A DNA stretch of 64,000 bases from Octopus bimaculoides (Eukaryota). Under the pieces are notes generated by a model. The model made no database searches. It was not told the origin of the DNA and was given only the letters and a program-made list of their open reading frames with translations. The stretch's first letter is position 1; each line of letters opens with the position of its first letter. The stretch is taken from NCBI RefSeq assembly GCF_001194135.2, contig NC_068987.1, positions 104,330,673-104,394,672 of the forward strand, read 5' to 3'. Made by a program: the position numbers and the translations under genes. This document shows positions 53,647 through 64,000 of this stretch, piece by piece.

Positions 53647-54329
53647 TGAGTCTTATTCTTAACAAAGTTTTCAATCTTCTATACAAAGACTAGAAATACT
53701 TCGATGTCAGTGCCATAATTCATGCCACCACACTTTTAACTGTAGTTATTGTAGTCATGGTTCTTCATCACTGCTGCTTCCATTTTTTTAGTGCCTATAA
53801 TGAAACATATCTGATGGTATATGGTTTAGTGGTTAAGAGTGTTACACTCTCTATTTTAAGATCATGGATCAGTTTCAAAAAGTTGTCAAAAATTGAGTAA
53901 TCCCAAATTTAATAGTCTGTGTCTTGAATAATCGGTATAAGAAATAAAAGTTATTTTCTAATACTATCCATTTCTCTTTTGAAATTAAAACCTATCTTTG
54001 GCACTTATTCATTCTATATTCATCATCATCATCATCATCATCATCCATGCTACCTTCAGCATTTAACGTCCATGTTCCATGCTGGCTTGGGTTGGATGGT
54101 TTGATAGGATCCGATGTGTCCAATGATTGCATCATGCTTTAGTATCTGCTCTGGTATGGTTTCTATGGCTGGATGCCCTTCCTAACATCAAGCACTTTGT
54201 AGCATGTACTGGATGACTTTTTTCATGCCACTGGCACTAGTGAAGTTGCCATGTAACTTGCAGGACTATGGGAAACCAAGGTTGGTATATAGGGGTCGGA
54301 AGCTTTATGCAAGAAGATGAGAAGTTTAA

Positions 54330-54549
54330 TCCTTTAGCATTTAATCTGGCTATATCAGGCTCAAATATTCTACAGGTTTTATGTTCAAATTGACCAAATT
54401 CAGCCATTCACACTTATTCTATAATATCATTCTAAAAATTTACTAACACATCATTGAAATCTAGAAGCAGTGAAATAATACATGATTAAGTCAAACCAAT
54501 TTGAATGGATAAACATTATGCTTAACAGAATAATCTGAATGCTAAAGAG
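54330..54549. mobile_element. piggyBac-type MITE
   Basis: Flanked by TTAA on both sides; TIRs TCCTTTAGCATT / AATGCTAAAGAG. Confidence 0.75.
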
Positions 54550-54803
54550 TTAAAATATAATTAAAAGCACCGAATGTAGAATAATTATTTTTAAAAAGTA
54601 AATTGTTCTAACACACTGATCACAAAACTATCTTACAATATTGTAAAAAGAGCTCCAGATGCAGGCATGGTTGTAGGAAATTTGCTTTGTAACCATATGG
54701 TTTTAGGTTCACTCCCACTACACGGCACCTTTAGTGTAGTCTCAGGTTAACCAGAGCCTTGTGAGTGAATTTGGTAGGCAGAAATTGTGTGGAAGCCTAT
54801 TGC

Positions 54804-54845
<42 letters not shown>

Positions 54846-55349
54846 CCTGTGTGTTTGTCACACCATCACCTGAAAATAGATGTTGGTTTGTTTACGTCCA
54901 CGTAAATAAGCAGTTCGACAAAAGAGGGGAATAAAATATGAATCAGACTTTAAAAAAAAGTAAATACTGAGATCGATTTTCCCGTCTGAACCCTCCATGG
55001 GGGTGTCCTAGCATGGCCACAGTCCAATAACTGAAACAAGTAAACGATAAAAGGAGAAATTCCGCCGAGGTCGACTTTGCCTTTCATCCTTTCGGGGTCA
55101 ATAAATTAAGTACCAGTTACGCACTGGAGTCGATGTAATCGACTTAATCCCGTTGTCTGTCCTTGTTTGTCCCCTCTATGTTTAGCTCCTTGTGGGCAAT
55201 AAAGAAATAAGATTATTGTGAGCAGGACATCTTTTATGAACTGCGAAATTTGTCTTCCTCACAGTTATCTCCCTTCAAGAACATTCATAGTCTTTGTCTG
55301 TGCAAACCATTACTAGTTTCTTCGGCTTCTACTGTTTTCAGTTACATGA

Positions 55350-55586
<237 letters not shown>

Positions 55587-55599
55587 ATTTAGAATGAGC

Positions 55600-55605
55600 A
55601 ATAAA
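55600..55605 (+). terminator. Candidate polyadenylation signal (AATAAA) of the TDO gene
   Basis: First canonical hexamer, starting 14 nt after the stop codon. In AT-rich DNA it may be chance, and the UTR may be longer. Confidence 0.35.
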
Positions 55606-56440
55606 ACCTGTTATGAAATGATTATGGAGAAAAATACATTTACACAAATAGCTGACAGGCTGCTATCTATAATATTTCGATAAATTTTCTTATTTTTCTC
55701 CATTAAAATTGATTAAAGTGTTTGATTCAAATTTTTTCCCACTGAACTTCTTTCGCATTTATAGATTATTTATTATTTTATAGAGTTCTATAATCATTGT
55801 TCCATAGTATCTTATAGTGCTCCTGTACTATAATAATATGGATGTCTTTCTATGATTTTTACTATAATTTTAGTATCATATTTTCTTAGAGATTATATAT
55901 CACAGATAATTCATAAAAATGAACAAGTTCAAGCACTATTATTTAAACTATGAAAGTATTGCAGGTTTGATTATCATCTTTTAATTGGAATATCGGAATT
56001 GATTTTAATTACTATTGAACCAAAAATTTTCGTTAGAAATATACCAAATTAAACTTGTCACTCCCAAAATTTACCTGATATAGTTTGTGTATAATTTATT
56101 TTTGAGTAACCTAAATAATTTAAATTTAAATTAAATACCACCATGAGAGATGAAATGTGCAAGCCACAGTTGAAAATGGAAGCTGCTGGATTTGGCTAAA
56201 AAATGATTCTGGGAAGTGGTTAGAATAACATTGTAACAAGATTGTTAAATAGTTGATTTTCATATCAGAAGCGGAACCCCGTTTCAGAGTGGGGGTCAGT
56301 ACACTATAAAGGGCTCAAGAGAAAAGGCTACAAAATAGCAAGTATCCTTTTAATGATCCTGTCAAACAGCTAGTGTGTGGAAGTATCTGGTCTGTAAATC
56401 TACCTTAAGTTACATTTCTGACAGAATAGAAGGAATAAAT

Positions 56441-56755
56441 TGTTGTTGGCACTCCGTCGCTTACGACGTCGAGGGTTCCACAGACACATGTACCTTTAAC
56501 GTAGTTCTCGGGGATATTTAGCGTGATACAGTGTGACAAGGCTGACCCTTTGAATTATAAGCACAACAGAAACAGGAAGAAAGAGTGAGAGAAAGTTGTG
56601 GTGGAAGAGTACAGCAGGGTTCGCCACCATCCCCTGCCGGAGCCTCGTGGAGCTTTAGGCTCAATAAACACTCACAACGCCCGGTCTGGGAATCGAAACC
56701 GCGATCCTATGACCACGAGTCCGCTGCCCTAACCACTGGGCCATTGCGCCTCCAC
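56441..56755 (-). mobile_element. tRNA-like SINE family C with a 13-bp TSD
   Basis: Head GGAGGCGCAATGGCCCAGTGGTTAGG...GGTTTCGATTCCC, tail ..GGAGTGCCAACAACA. TSD AGAAGGAATAAAT at 56428-56440 and 56756-56768. Internally deleted relative to 48103-48462. Confidence 0.92.
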
Positions 56756-56908
56756 AGAAGGAATAAATATTCCATCAGGAAAAGATAAACCCAGAAATGT
56801 TTACTATTGCTTTGCATTATTAGATCTTTTCTGCATCAACAAAATCAGCTTGAGTATGGATTTAACATGTCTTCTGTCTTTCAAAGCTCAACCAATTTTC
56901 TGATCTGT

Positions 56909-57719
56909 TGTTGTATTCCTCTCGGGGGACTCGCAGAGAAAAGACAACGAGTTGTACAACTTAGTTATTACATTGAAACGCTCTCTCACAATGAAAAGTT
57001 TTGGGTCGAACTGTTCCTTCATGAAGTCAACGATTTCGTCCATTGTCAAGTTGTTGATATCTTTAGGCGGATTTTGTTGAGTAGCCAGATTAGCAAGTTG
57101 ATTGTAAATAGTAGCGGTCTGATTGGTCAGGAACACTTGTGCCATGCGTTGTTCAGGTACAGCATTAGCAGCCACAAACGCGCGGAATCTTGACCAGTAA
57201 TCAAGCCATAGTTCTGTCGTTGAATCAAATGCAGCAAATGGTGGAATCAACACTGTTGCTGAAGCAGCTGAAAAATAGCCACTGGAATCGCCTTCAACTT
57301 GTCGAACACCAAACAGTTTTAACAGAGTGTCCATATCTCTCTTATGTTGTTGCATTTGCTGTTCCATTTGTTCCCTAAACAATTTTATCAGCTCTACTGT
57401 CTGTTTTTCAGCCATTGCTATTAAGATGAACAATTTTACGGCAAAGTATGCATGTAATCCTACCGGCGACGCCAATAAACTCTGTTGTATTCCTCTCGGG
57501 GGACTTGCAGAGAAAAGACAACGAGTTGTACAACTTAGTTATTACATTTATTTACTAATTACAAACAAAGAACGCACTCACCGAATGTTCGTTATTAAGA
57601 AACAAGAATCATGTCCTCGCCATATATATCAATAATATTTTACTTCGACAGTCATTCAAAACAACAATGAAACAAGGACCTCAGACGAACAACAAACAAA
57701 TCCAACAGTCCATATAACA
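56909..57719 (-). mobile_element. Internally deleted Gypsy-type LTR retrotransposon (5' LTR, PBS, partial gag, 3' LTR remnant)
   Basis: 5' LTR 57483-57719 (TGTT...AACA on the minus strand); PBS TGGCGTCGCCGGTAGGATT; gag IPPFAAFDSTTELW.DYWSRF...FMKEQFDPK.FIVRERF. The 66-bp LTR end is repeated at 56909-56974 with 1 mismatch. Flanks TCTGT/TCTGC form a near-perfect 5-bp TSD. Confidence 0.9.
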
Positions 57720-57837
57720 TCTGCCTTATCAGTAATGTAGCTGTGTGGTTAAGTAGTTCGCTTCTCAACCACATGGTTCGCGGTTCAGTCTCATTGCATA
57801 GTACTGTGGATAAGTATCTTTAGCTATAGTCCTAGAT

Positions 57838-58151
57838 CAGGGGTTCTCAACCGCTTTTTAATCTATGGACGCCTTTGATCACTATTTTATTCTGGTGGAT
57901 CCCCATAACCTTTCGATATTTAAAGATTTGTCTTAGAAACTTCTTTCAAAATCCCTCTTGTTTTTTGCACATTAACTTGTGAAGGCTGAATCATGTAAAA
58001 CGCTAGAGATAGAAACCAATCCGTTTCTTGCAATGCATACATCTGAAGCAAAATTTTTTCAAGGGCATAAAATATTATTGTGGATCCTTAATTTACTGTT
58101 TTGTTATGTGGACCCCAAAAGTCTTACATGGACAGCGGTTGAGAACCACTG
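57838..58151. mobile_element. hAT-type MITE inserted into a SINE
   Basis: TIRs CAGGGGTTCTCAACC / GGTTGAGAACCACTG; 8-bp flanks TCCTAGAT / ATCTAGAT (NTCTAGAN-type target). A SINE-A head lies to the left and its continuation (gaccaaa) to the right. Confidence 0.85.
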
Positions 58152-58269
58152 ATCTAGATAGACCAAAATTATGGGAAAAGATTGGGTAAAAATCCGCTCA
58201 CAAAGAAACCTATCGCGCAAAGAAATTCACGCGCGTGCGCATGCGTGTGATTCCTTGTCTTTACAGAAC

Positions 58270-58498
58270 GTGGTAGTTGTAAACGAGTGTCACCGTCATG
58301 CAAGCAATGTTATTCGTTTCTAAACTTCTGTGAAAACATGTCCAGACATGAGGAAGTATTTATTACCTTGGTTGGAAAGAAACGGGGGAGGGCTGGCGAC
58401 AGGAAGAGCATCCGGCCGTGGAAAAATCTGCATCAGTGAACTCCGTCCAACCCATACAAGCATGGAAAAGTGCATGTTAAAACGATGATGATGATGGT
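58270..58498 (+). mobile_element. Retroposon 3' end with a (GAT)n tail (RTE-related tail, inferred); antisense copies at about 47320-47530 and 54020-54270
   Basis: GGCGACAGGAAGAGCATCCGGCCGTGG...CAAGCATGGAAAAGTGCATGTTAAAACGATGATGATG motif; reverse-complement versions with (CAT)n are found at the other two loci. Confidence 0.6.
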
Positions 58499-59118
58499 AA
58501 TTATAGAGACGTAACTGTGCCTGGTATTTATAGGTATTGTAAGGTAGCAGTTAAGATTTCTACTCACTCAAGCCATGCAAATATATTGAAAGTAGTAATA
58601 TAAATGCAAATCTTATCTTATCAATCAAATTTTACTTAGAAAAATTCTACGCATCAAATCACACCTTGAACGCCACCACTACTTAGAACCTTAAAACAAA
58701 AGACTGATAGTATTTCCATCCTATAAATATTGTCCTTCTCATTCAGTACAGAAGGATCTTAACGAAACACGCAAACAGCGGTAGCGTCAATAACTTTCTT
58801 TACTTCACTACGCAAATCTAATGGGATATAAAGTATGGCAGCTTTTGTGTTGTAACTGAATTAGAATTCATCTTGATCATCTCTGCTGGGTCTATAAACA
58901 GAAAGCGGTGGCTTGCCGGAATAGACCGAGCATTGAAAGAAAAACACGTCGACACTTCAACACTGTATTGCATGCGAGACATCACTTTGAAACGGAGTGT
59001 CTGAACTAGAGAAGAAAGAAGTTGATGGGTGTGGCATATCTGGAGCACTATGTCCATAAACACTATTTAACCACTGAACTGATTATTAATCACAACTTAC
59101 GTTTCATAAGTCTGTTTG

Positions 59119-59680
59119 GTGGCTGTGTGGTAAGTAGCTTGCTTACCAACCACATGGTTCCGGGTTCAGTACCACTGCGTGGCACCTTGGGCAAGTGTTT
59201 TCTACTATAGCCTCGGGCCGACCAAAGCCTTGTGAGTGGATTTGGTAGACGGAAACTGAAAGAAGCCCGTCGTATATATGCATATATATATATATATATA
59301 TANNNNNNNNNNNNNNNNNNNNNNNNNNNNNNNNNNNNNNNNNNNNNNNNNNNNNNNNNNNNNNNNNNNNNNNNNNNNNNNNNNNNNNNNNNNNNNNNNN
59401 NNNNNNNNNNNNNNNNNNNNNNNNNNNNNNNNNNNNNNNNNNNNNNNNNNNNNNNNNNNNNNNNNNNNNNNATATATATGTGTGTGTGTGTGTGTTTGTC
59501 CCCCTAGCATTGCTTGACAACCGATGCTGGTGTGTTTACGCCACCGTCACTTAGCGGTTCGGCAAAAGAGACCGATAGAATAAGTACTAGGCTTACAAAG
59601 AATAAGTTCCGGGGTCGATTTGCTCGACTAAAGGCGGTGCTTCAGCATGGCCGCAGTCAAATGACTGAAACAAGTAAAAG
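59119..59680 (+). mobile_element. tRNA-like SINE family A, full length, internal microsatellite partly in a gap
   Basis: Head GGCTGTGTGGTAAG (A box)...GGTTCAGTACC (B box), internal (TA)/(TG) tract, tail ..CAGCATGGCCGCAGTCAAATGACTGAAACAAGTAAAAG. Other copies: + at 5956-6013, 25320-25485, 28166-28562, 49250-49643, 50512-50670, 54661-55052, 57735-57830, 62619-62790; - at 4981-5095, 7077-7213, 10311-10500, 10985-11350, 26775-26995, 31985-32105, 41930-42010. Confidence 0.9.
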
Positions 59681-60237
59681 TGTAAAAGTGTGTAGAAAAG
59701 AATATGGGATGTTTAACAAAGAAACAAACTCACATCGCTGGAATTTATATAACTTTGGTGAAAAGACACATGCTTACTTTAGAAAAATCTTGCCTATTTT
59801 GACTGTTCTGCTTACAGAATGTATCTGTAAAGTGCTTATTAACAGGTCGCTTTCTTTGCACGAACCCTTAAGCATTTTGAGACTATTGTATAGACATTTA
59901 CCAACAGAGCTTAGTTTACCAATTATGGGTATAAATGTGAACCTATAATCTGGGGTGAGAAGCTACAGGTTTCGAAGCAGCTGTCCGTACATACTCTCTT
60001 TCTCACTGACTATGAAAGAAATATTAACATCTGCAGGACAGCTGATCGCCACAAATTTTGTTCTGTCCTAAACAACTATATCAAGCCCGTTATGTTACTA
60101 TTCGCAGAAGTTTTCATGAGAATGTTCCAGCAATATTCCTTATGTATGTATGTATGTATGTACACATGAATCTAAGTATCATGTATGAACGTAGGTTTGT
60201 GCACACGCGTATATGTATGTTTGTATGTATGTATGTA

Positions 60238-60657
60238 CTGTAAATCCTCGAGTATAGTCCGCCCTTGAGTATAATACGCAGGGGATTTTTAGGGGGCTGA
60301 AAAACCTAAACCTTGTGTATAATACGCACCTCTTCTCTAACTTGAGTCAAGGAGGTCTATATAACGTTTTTGGTTTGTAAACGTATATACGGTAACGTCC
60401 TTTATTATTATTGTATATACAACATAATGCAAACGTGTAGCTTTTTTTGTGCACTTTGTTTGCAGAAAATAAAGAAGTAACAGTAATAATATCAGCGAAA
60501 AATAAATATTAAGTAAATTACCTTTACATATTTATCACTTAGAAAATTTTGCTTACAAAATACTTTTCATTTTAAACCTCGTATATAGTACGCACTAGAA
60601 ATTTTGACCTTTAAATCTTGGGAAAAAAAAGTGCGGATTATACTCGAGGATTTACGG
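60238..60657. mobile_element. Tc1/pogo (Tigger-like) MITE
   Basis: TIRs CTGTAAATCCTCGAGTATAGTCCGC / GCGGATTATACTCGAGGATTTACGG; TA on the left and TG on the right (probably a mutated TA). Confidence 0.8.
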
Positions 60658-61143
60658 TGTGTATGCTTTCGTTAATTGTTTTAAAACTCTATTGCTAGCT
60701 GTCATAAACACTATCTTGACCCACCCAACTTTTGACCCAGCGGAACATTCTCACCCAGGATGTGGCAACTGGACGGAGAGGGGAATGCATCAGCAGAAGT
60801 TGGCTGACGCTCAGTTTCAGCTAAGTAGCCAGTAGCTTTGTGAAATGATGCATCTTGCTTAAGGACTCAGCACCAAGCCTGATCGAGGAAACTGAATACA
60901 AGACATTATGATTGTAAGCCCAACATCCTACCTACTAGGCTACATGCTTTCACGTTTATATAATTAAATATGAACCAGCACGAACCGCAAGATATATAGA
61001 AGGCACCAGAAACATGAAGCGGCCAATATTGAAAGTAATGCAAAGCCCTAATAGCCATTTTTACCACCCAACTTTTTCATTCATTTTCTTTTTCCAAGCA
61101 CTACCTCTTCCACTTCTTTTATTGTTCCTTTTCGATTTTTCTT

Positions 61144-61172
61144 CTGATGAGGGAATTGGCACCCGAAACGTC
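61144..61172 (+). ncRNA. Minimal type I hammerhead ribozyme-like motif (best-preserved core in the window)
   Basis: CTGATGA-GGG-AATTGGCA-CCC-GAAAC-GTC. Core intact, G10.1-C11.1 pair, palindromic ACGT stem III, GUC cleavage triplet. Stem I is weak (TT/AA, then a mismatch). Confidence 0.55.
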
Positions 61173-62583
61173 AATATTCCTTCTCTTCTTTTTGAACGTT
61201 AAACTATACATTTGCTAAAATTTGACCTTTCCGTACTGTCTTCTTTTTGTGCTCATTGCCTTTGATATATATATGTATGTATATGTTTATATATACGTGA
61301 CTTCGAAAATGAGTACTAAAGTCGATTGTTCCTCCAAAGCAAGTCCGTCGCTAATGGGTGCACTGGATGACACTGCCCCCTCTCTATTCAATGGTACACT
61401 CTCAAATTTACTCCACTTTAACATTTTTTTTCTACCCTAGGCACAAGGCCCGAAATTTTTGGGGAGGGGTCTAGTCGATTAGATCGACCCAAGTACACAG
61501 CTGGTACTTAATTTATCGACCCCGAAAGGATGAAAGGCAAAGTCGACCTCGCTGGAATTTGAACTCAGAACGTATAGACAGGCGAAATACCGTTAAGCAT
61601 TTCGCTTGGCGTGCTAATGTTTCTGTCAGCTCGCTGCCTTACTCCACAAATTATCACAAATTGGTGTCCTCCCAGAATATTCTGAAGTCCCCCCAAGCAC
61701 CAAAGTTTGGCGACGGACCTGCTCTAAAGCCCTTTAAGGGCGCTCCCGCATGGTTGCAGTCCAATGACTGAAAGAAGTGAACGATAAAAAATAAGATACA
61801 TTGGGGGGGGGGGGGAGAAAAGATGGCCGGTCACGGGTGGTAATTCTTTGGTTATGAATCTGGAGATTGAAGAGAGACGAAGACAATAATAACAACAACA
61901 ACAACGACCGCAGCAACAACCGCAGCAGCAACGAGTCCTTGTTTTATTGACTTCAGAACGATGAAAGTTAAAGCTGATTCTGTTGAGATTTGTCTATCGT
62001 TCACCGAGTTCGTTCATTCAACTAACCTGTTGAACAGTGTGACATTAACTGACATTAGCCGACAGCAGCAACAGTTGCAGTGGAAATTGGCTCGTAACAA
62101 ACGAAGTGGCAATAACGACTCCAACACGTTGAGGAAACAACAATAGTTGAGAGAAATTAACGGTGCCTAGATGCTTTCAGTAACAATGAATGAATTGCTA
62201 GCCAGTATGACGAAGGCTGTAATAGCTAAGTTAGCCAATAAAGAGAGGATCAGAAGTGATGATGACAATGACAATAAAATAGCTAGTGACAATGATAGCG
62301 TCAACAGTGGGGACAATAATAGCAAGAACAATAGCATGAATATATGTAGTTTTATTTATTTATCTATTTATCTATTTATTTATTTATTTTGTCTTTACTA
62401 TTAATTGTTGTAATGTTGCTTATTTAAACACGTAACCCAGAAGTGGAAATGAACAGTAAAAGTAGTAGAGATTCATATCAACAATAATTATACAACATAG
62501 TACATACATACATACATATACATTTGTGTATATGCATGCATGTATGTTTGCATGTATGTATATATGTATGTATGTATGTACAC

Positions 62584-62618
<35 letters not shown>

Positions 62619-63295
62619 GGCGCAGGAGTGGCTGTGTGGTAAGTAGCTTGCTTACCAACCACATGGTTCCGGGTTCAGTCCCACTGCGTGGCACCTTGGG
62701 CAAGTGTCTTCTACTATAGCCTCGGGCCGACCAAAGCCTTGTGAGTGGATTTGGTTGACGGAAACTGAAAGAAGCCCGTCGTATATATATNNNNNNNNNN
62801 NNNNNNNNNNNNNNNNNNNNNNNNNNNNNNNNNNNNNNNNNNNNNNNNNNNNNNNNNNNNNNNNNNNNNNNNNNNNNNNNNNNNNNNNNNNNNNNNNNNN
62901 NNNNNNNNNNNNNNNNNNNNNNNNNNNNNNNNNNNNNNNNNNNNNNNNNNNNNNNNNNNNNNNNNNNNNNNNNNNNNNNNNNNNNNNNNNNNNNNNNNNN
63001 NNNNNNNNNNNNNNNNNNNNNNNNNNNNNNNNNNNNNNNNNNNNNNNNNNNNNNNNNNNNNNNNNNNNNNNNNNNNNNNNNNNNNNNNNNNNNNNNNNNN
63101 NNNNNNNNNNNNNNNNNNNNNNNNNNNNNNNNNNNNNNNNNNNNNNNNNNNNNNNNNNNNNNNNNNNNNNNNNNNNNNNNNNNNNNNNNNNNNNNNNNNN
63201 NNNNNNNNNNNNNNNNNNNNNNNNNNNNNNNNNNAGTATATATATATATATATATACATGTATGTTTGTATATGCACGTATGTGTATGCATGTGC

Positions 63296-63354
<59 letters not shown>

Positions 63355-63437
63355 ATGCATACTTACATATATAAATACATACATAGCACAAATATCCTTA
63401 TGTAGGATGTATGTACATCTGTAACTAAACTTCAAAC

Positions 63438-63500
63438 ATGATAATGACGACATTGATGCTGTTGATAATGATGATGATGAAGATCATGATGATGGCGATG

Positions 63501-63574
<74 letters not shown>

Positions 63575-63610
63575 GGTGGTGAGGATGACGACGTTGATGA
63601 TGATGATGAA

Positions 63611-63673
<63 letters not shown>

Positions 63674-63782
63674 GCCAAAAACTGAAAGTTTACACAAAAG
63701 TCGACTACGGGTAATCCAGGATATGAAAAAAACAACAGTATAAAAGGAAACGAAATGAATGATAATGATTATTGTAATGATG

Positions 63783-63849
<67 letters not shown>

Positions 63850-63895
63850 CAACAACAACAACACCAATAATAATAATAATAATAATAATAATAAT
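63438..63895. repeat. Compound trinucleotide microsatellite field (GAT)n (GGT)n (CTA)n (AAT)n (AAC)n
   Basis: Read directly; it explains the homopolymer ORFs in the track. Confidence 0.97.
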
Positions 63896-64000
63896 CCTTT
63901 CTTTAATAATCGTTCAGTTATTGCGCTATTAAAACTTAAGTTAAAGTGAAATCAATCGTTATTTTTTTTTTATTCCTTTTCAAATTTGGTTTTTCTGTCT

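Noticed and set aside
59700-60130. Non-repetitive-looking open frame continuing from the SINE tail (ORF 59514-59948)
   Set aside because: It starts within a SINE and has no recognisable domain or convincing splice sites.
61930-62404. Two short ORFs rich in N, D, Q and S
   Set aside because: Degenerate trinucleotide-repeat sequence interrupted by stops.
63425-63949. Poly-M, L, S, V, I and N ORFs
   Set aside because: Translations of trinucleotide microsatellites with no coding signature.

Overview
AT-rich, microsatellite-dense metazoan genomic DNA with eight assembly gaps. The repeat families and gene content point to an octopus (coleoid cephalopod); this is inferred from sequence character, not from a search. 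The main feature is a + strand tryptophan 2,3-dioxygenase gene (TDO2/vermilion). Nine coding exons, all with GT-AG boundaries and consistent phases, run from 3731 to the stop at 55586. The 5' exons were not found (upstream of the window, or in the gaps before 3731), and one internal exon of about 57 nt appears to be hidden in the 100-N gap at 46183-46282. The introns (two are 15.7 kb and 19.9 kb) hold three tRNA-like SINE families, three Penelope-like (GIY-YIG) retroelement relics, CR1-type and RLE-type LINE fragments, a Gypsy integrase relic, and hAT, piggyBac and Tc1/pogo MITEs. An internally deleted Gypsy-type LTR element lies just downstream of the gene. Points worth a second look: (i) an intact-looking 133-aa two-transmembrane ORF nested in a TDO2 intron, with a perfect branch point and a strong Kozak context; (ii) about ten hammerhead-ribozyme-like motifs with several unrelated stem-II sequences, some at Penelope 3' ends and some in short non-coding repeats; (iii) several long intronic hairpins that could be ADAR or Drosha substrates. 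Most entries in the supplied ORF track are artefacts of N-gaps or microsatellites. Repeat boundaries are approximate, read by eye.
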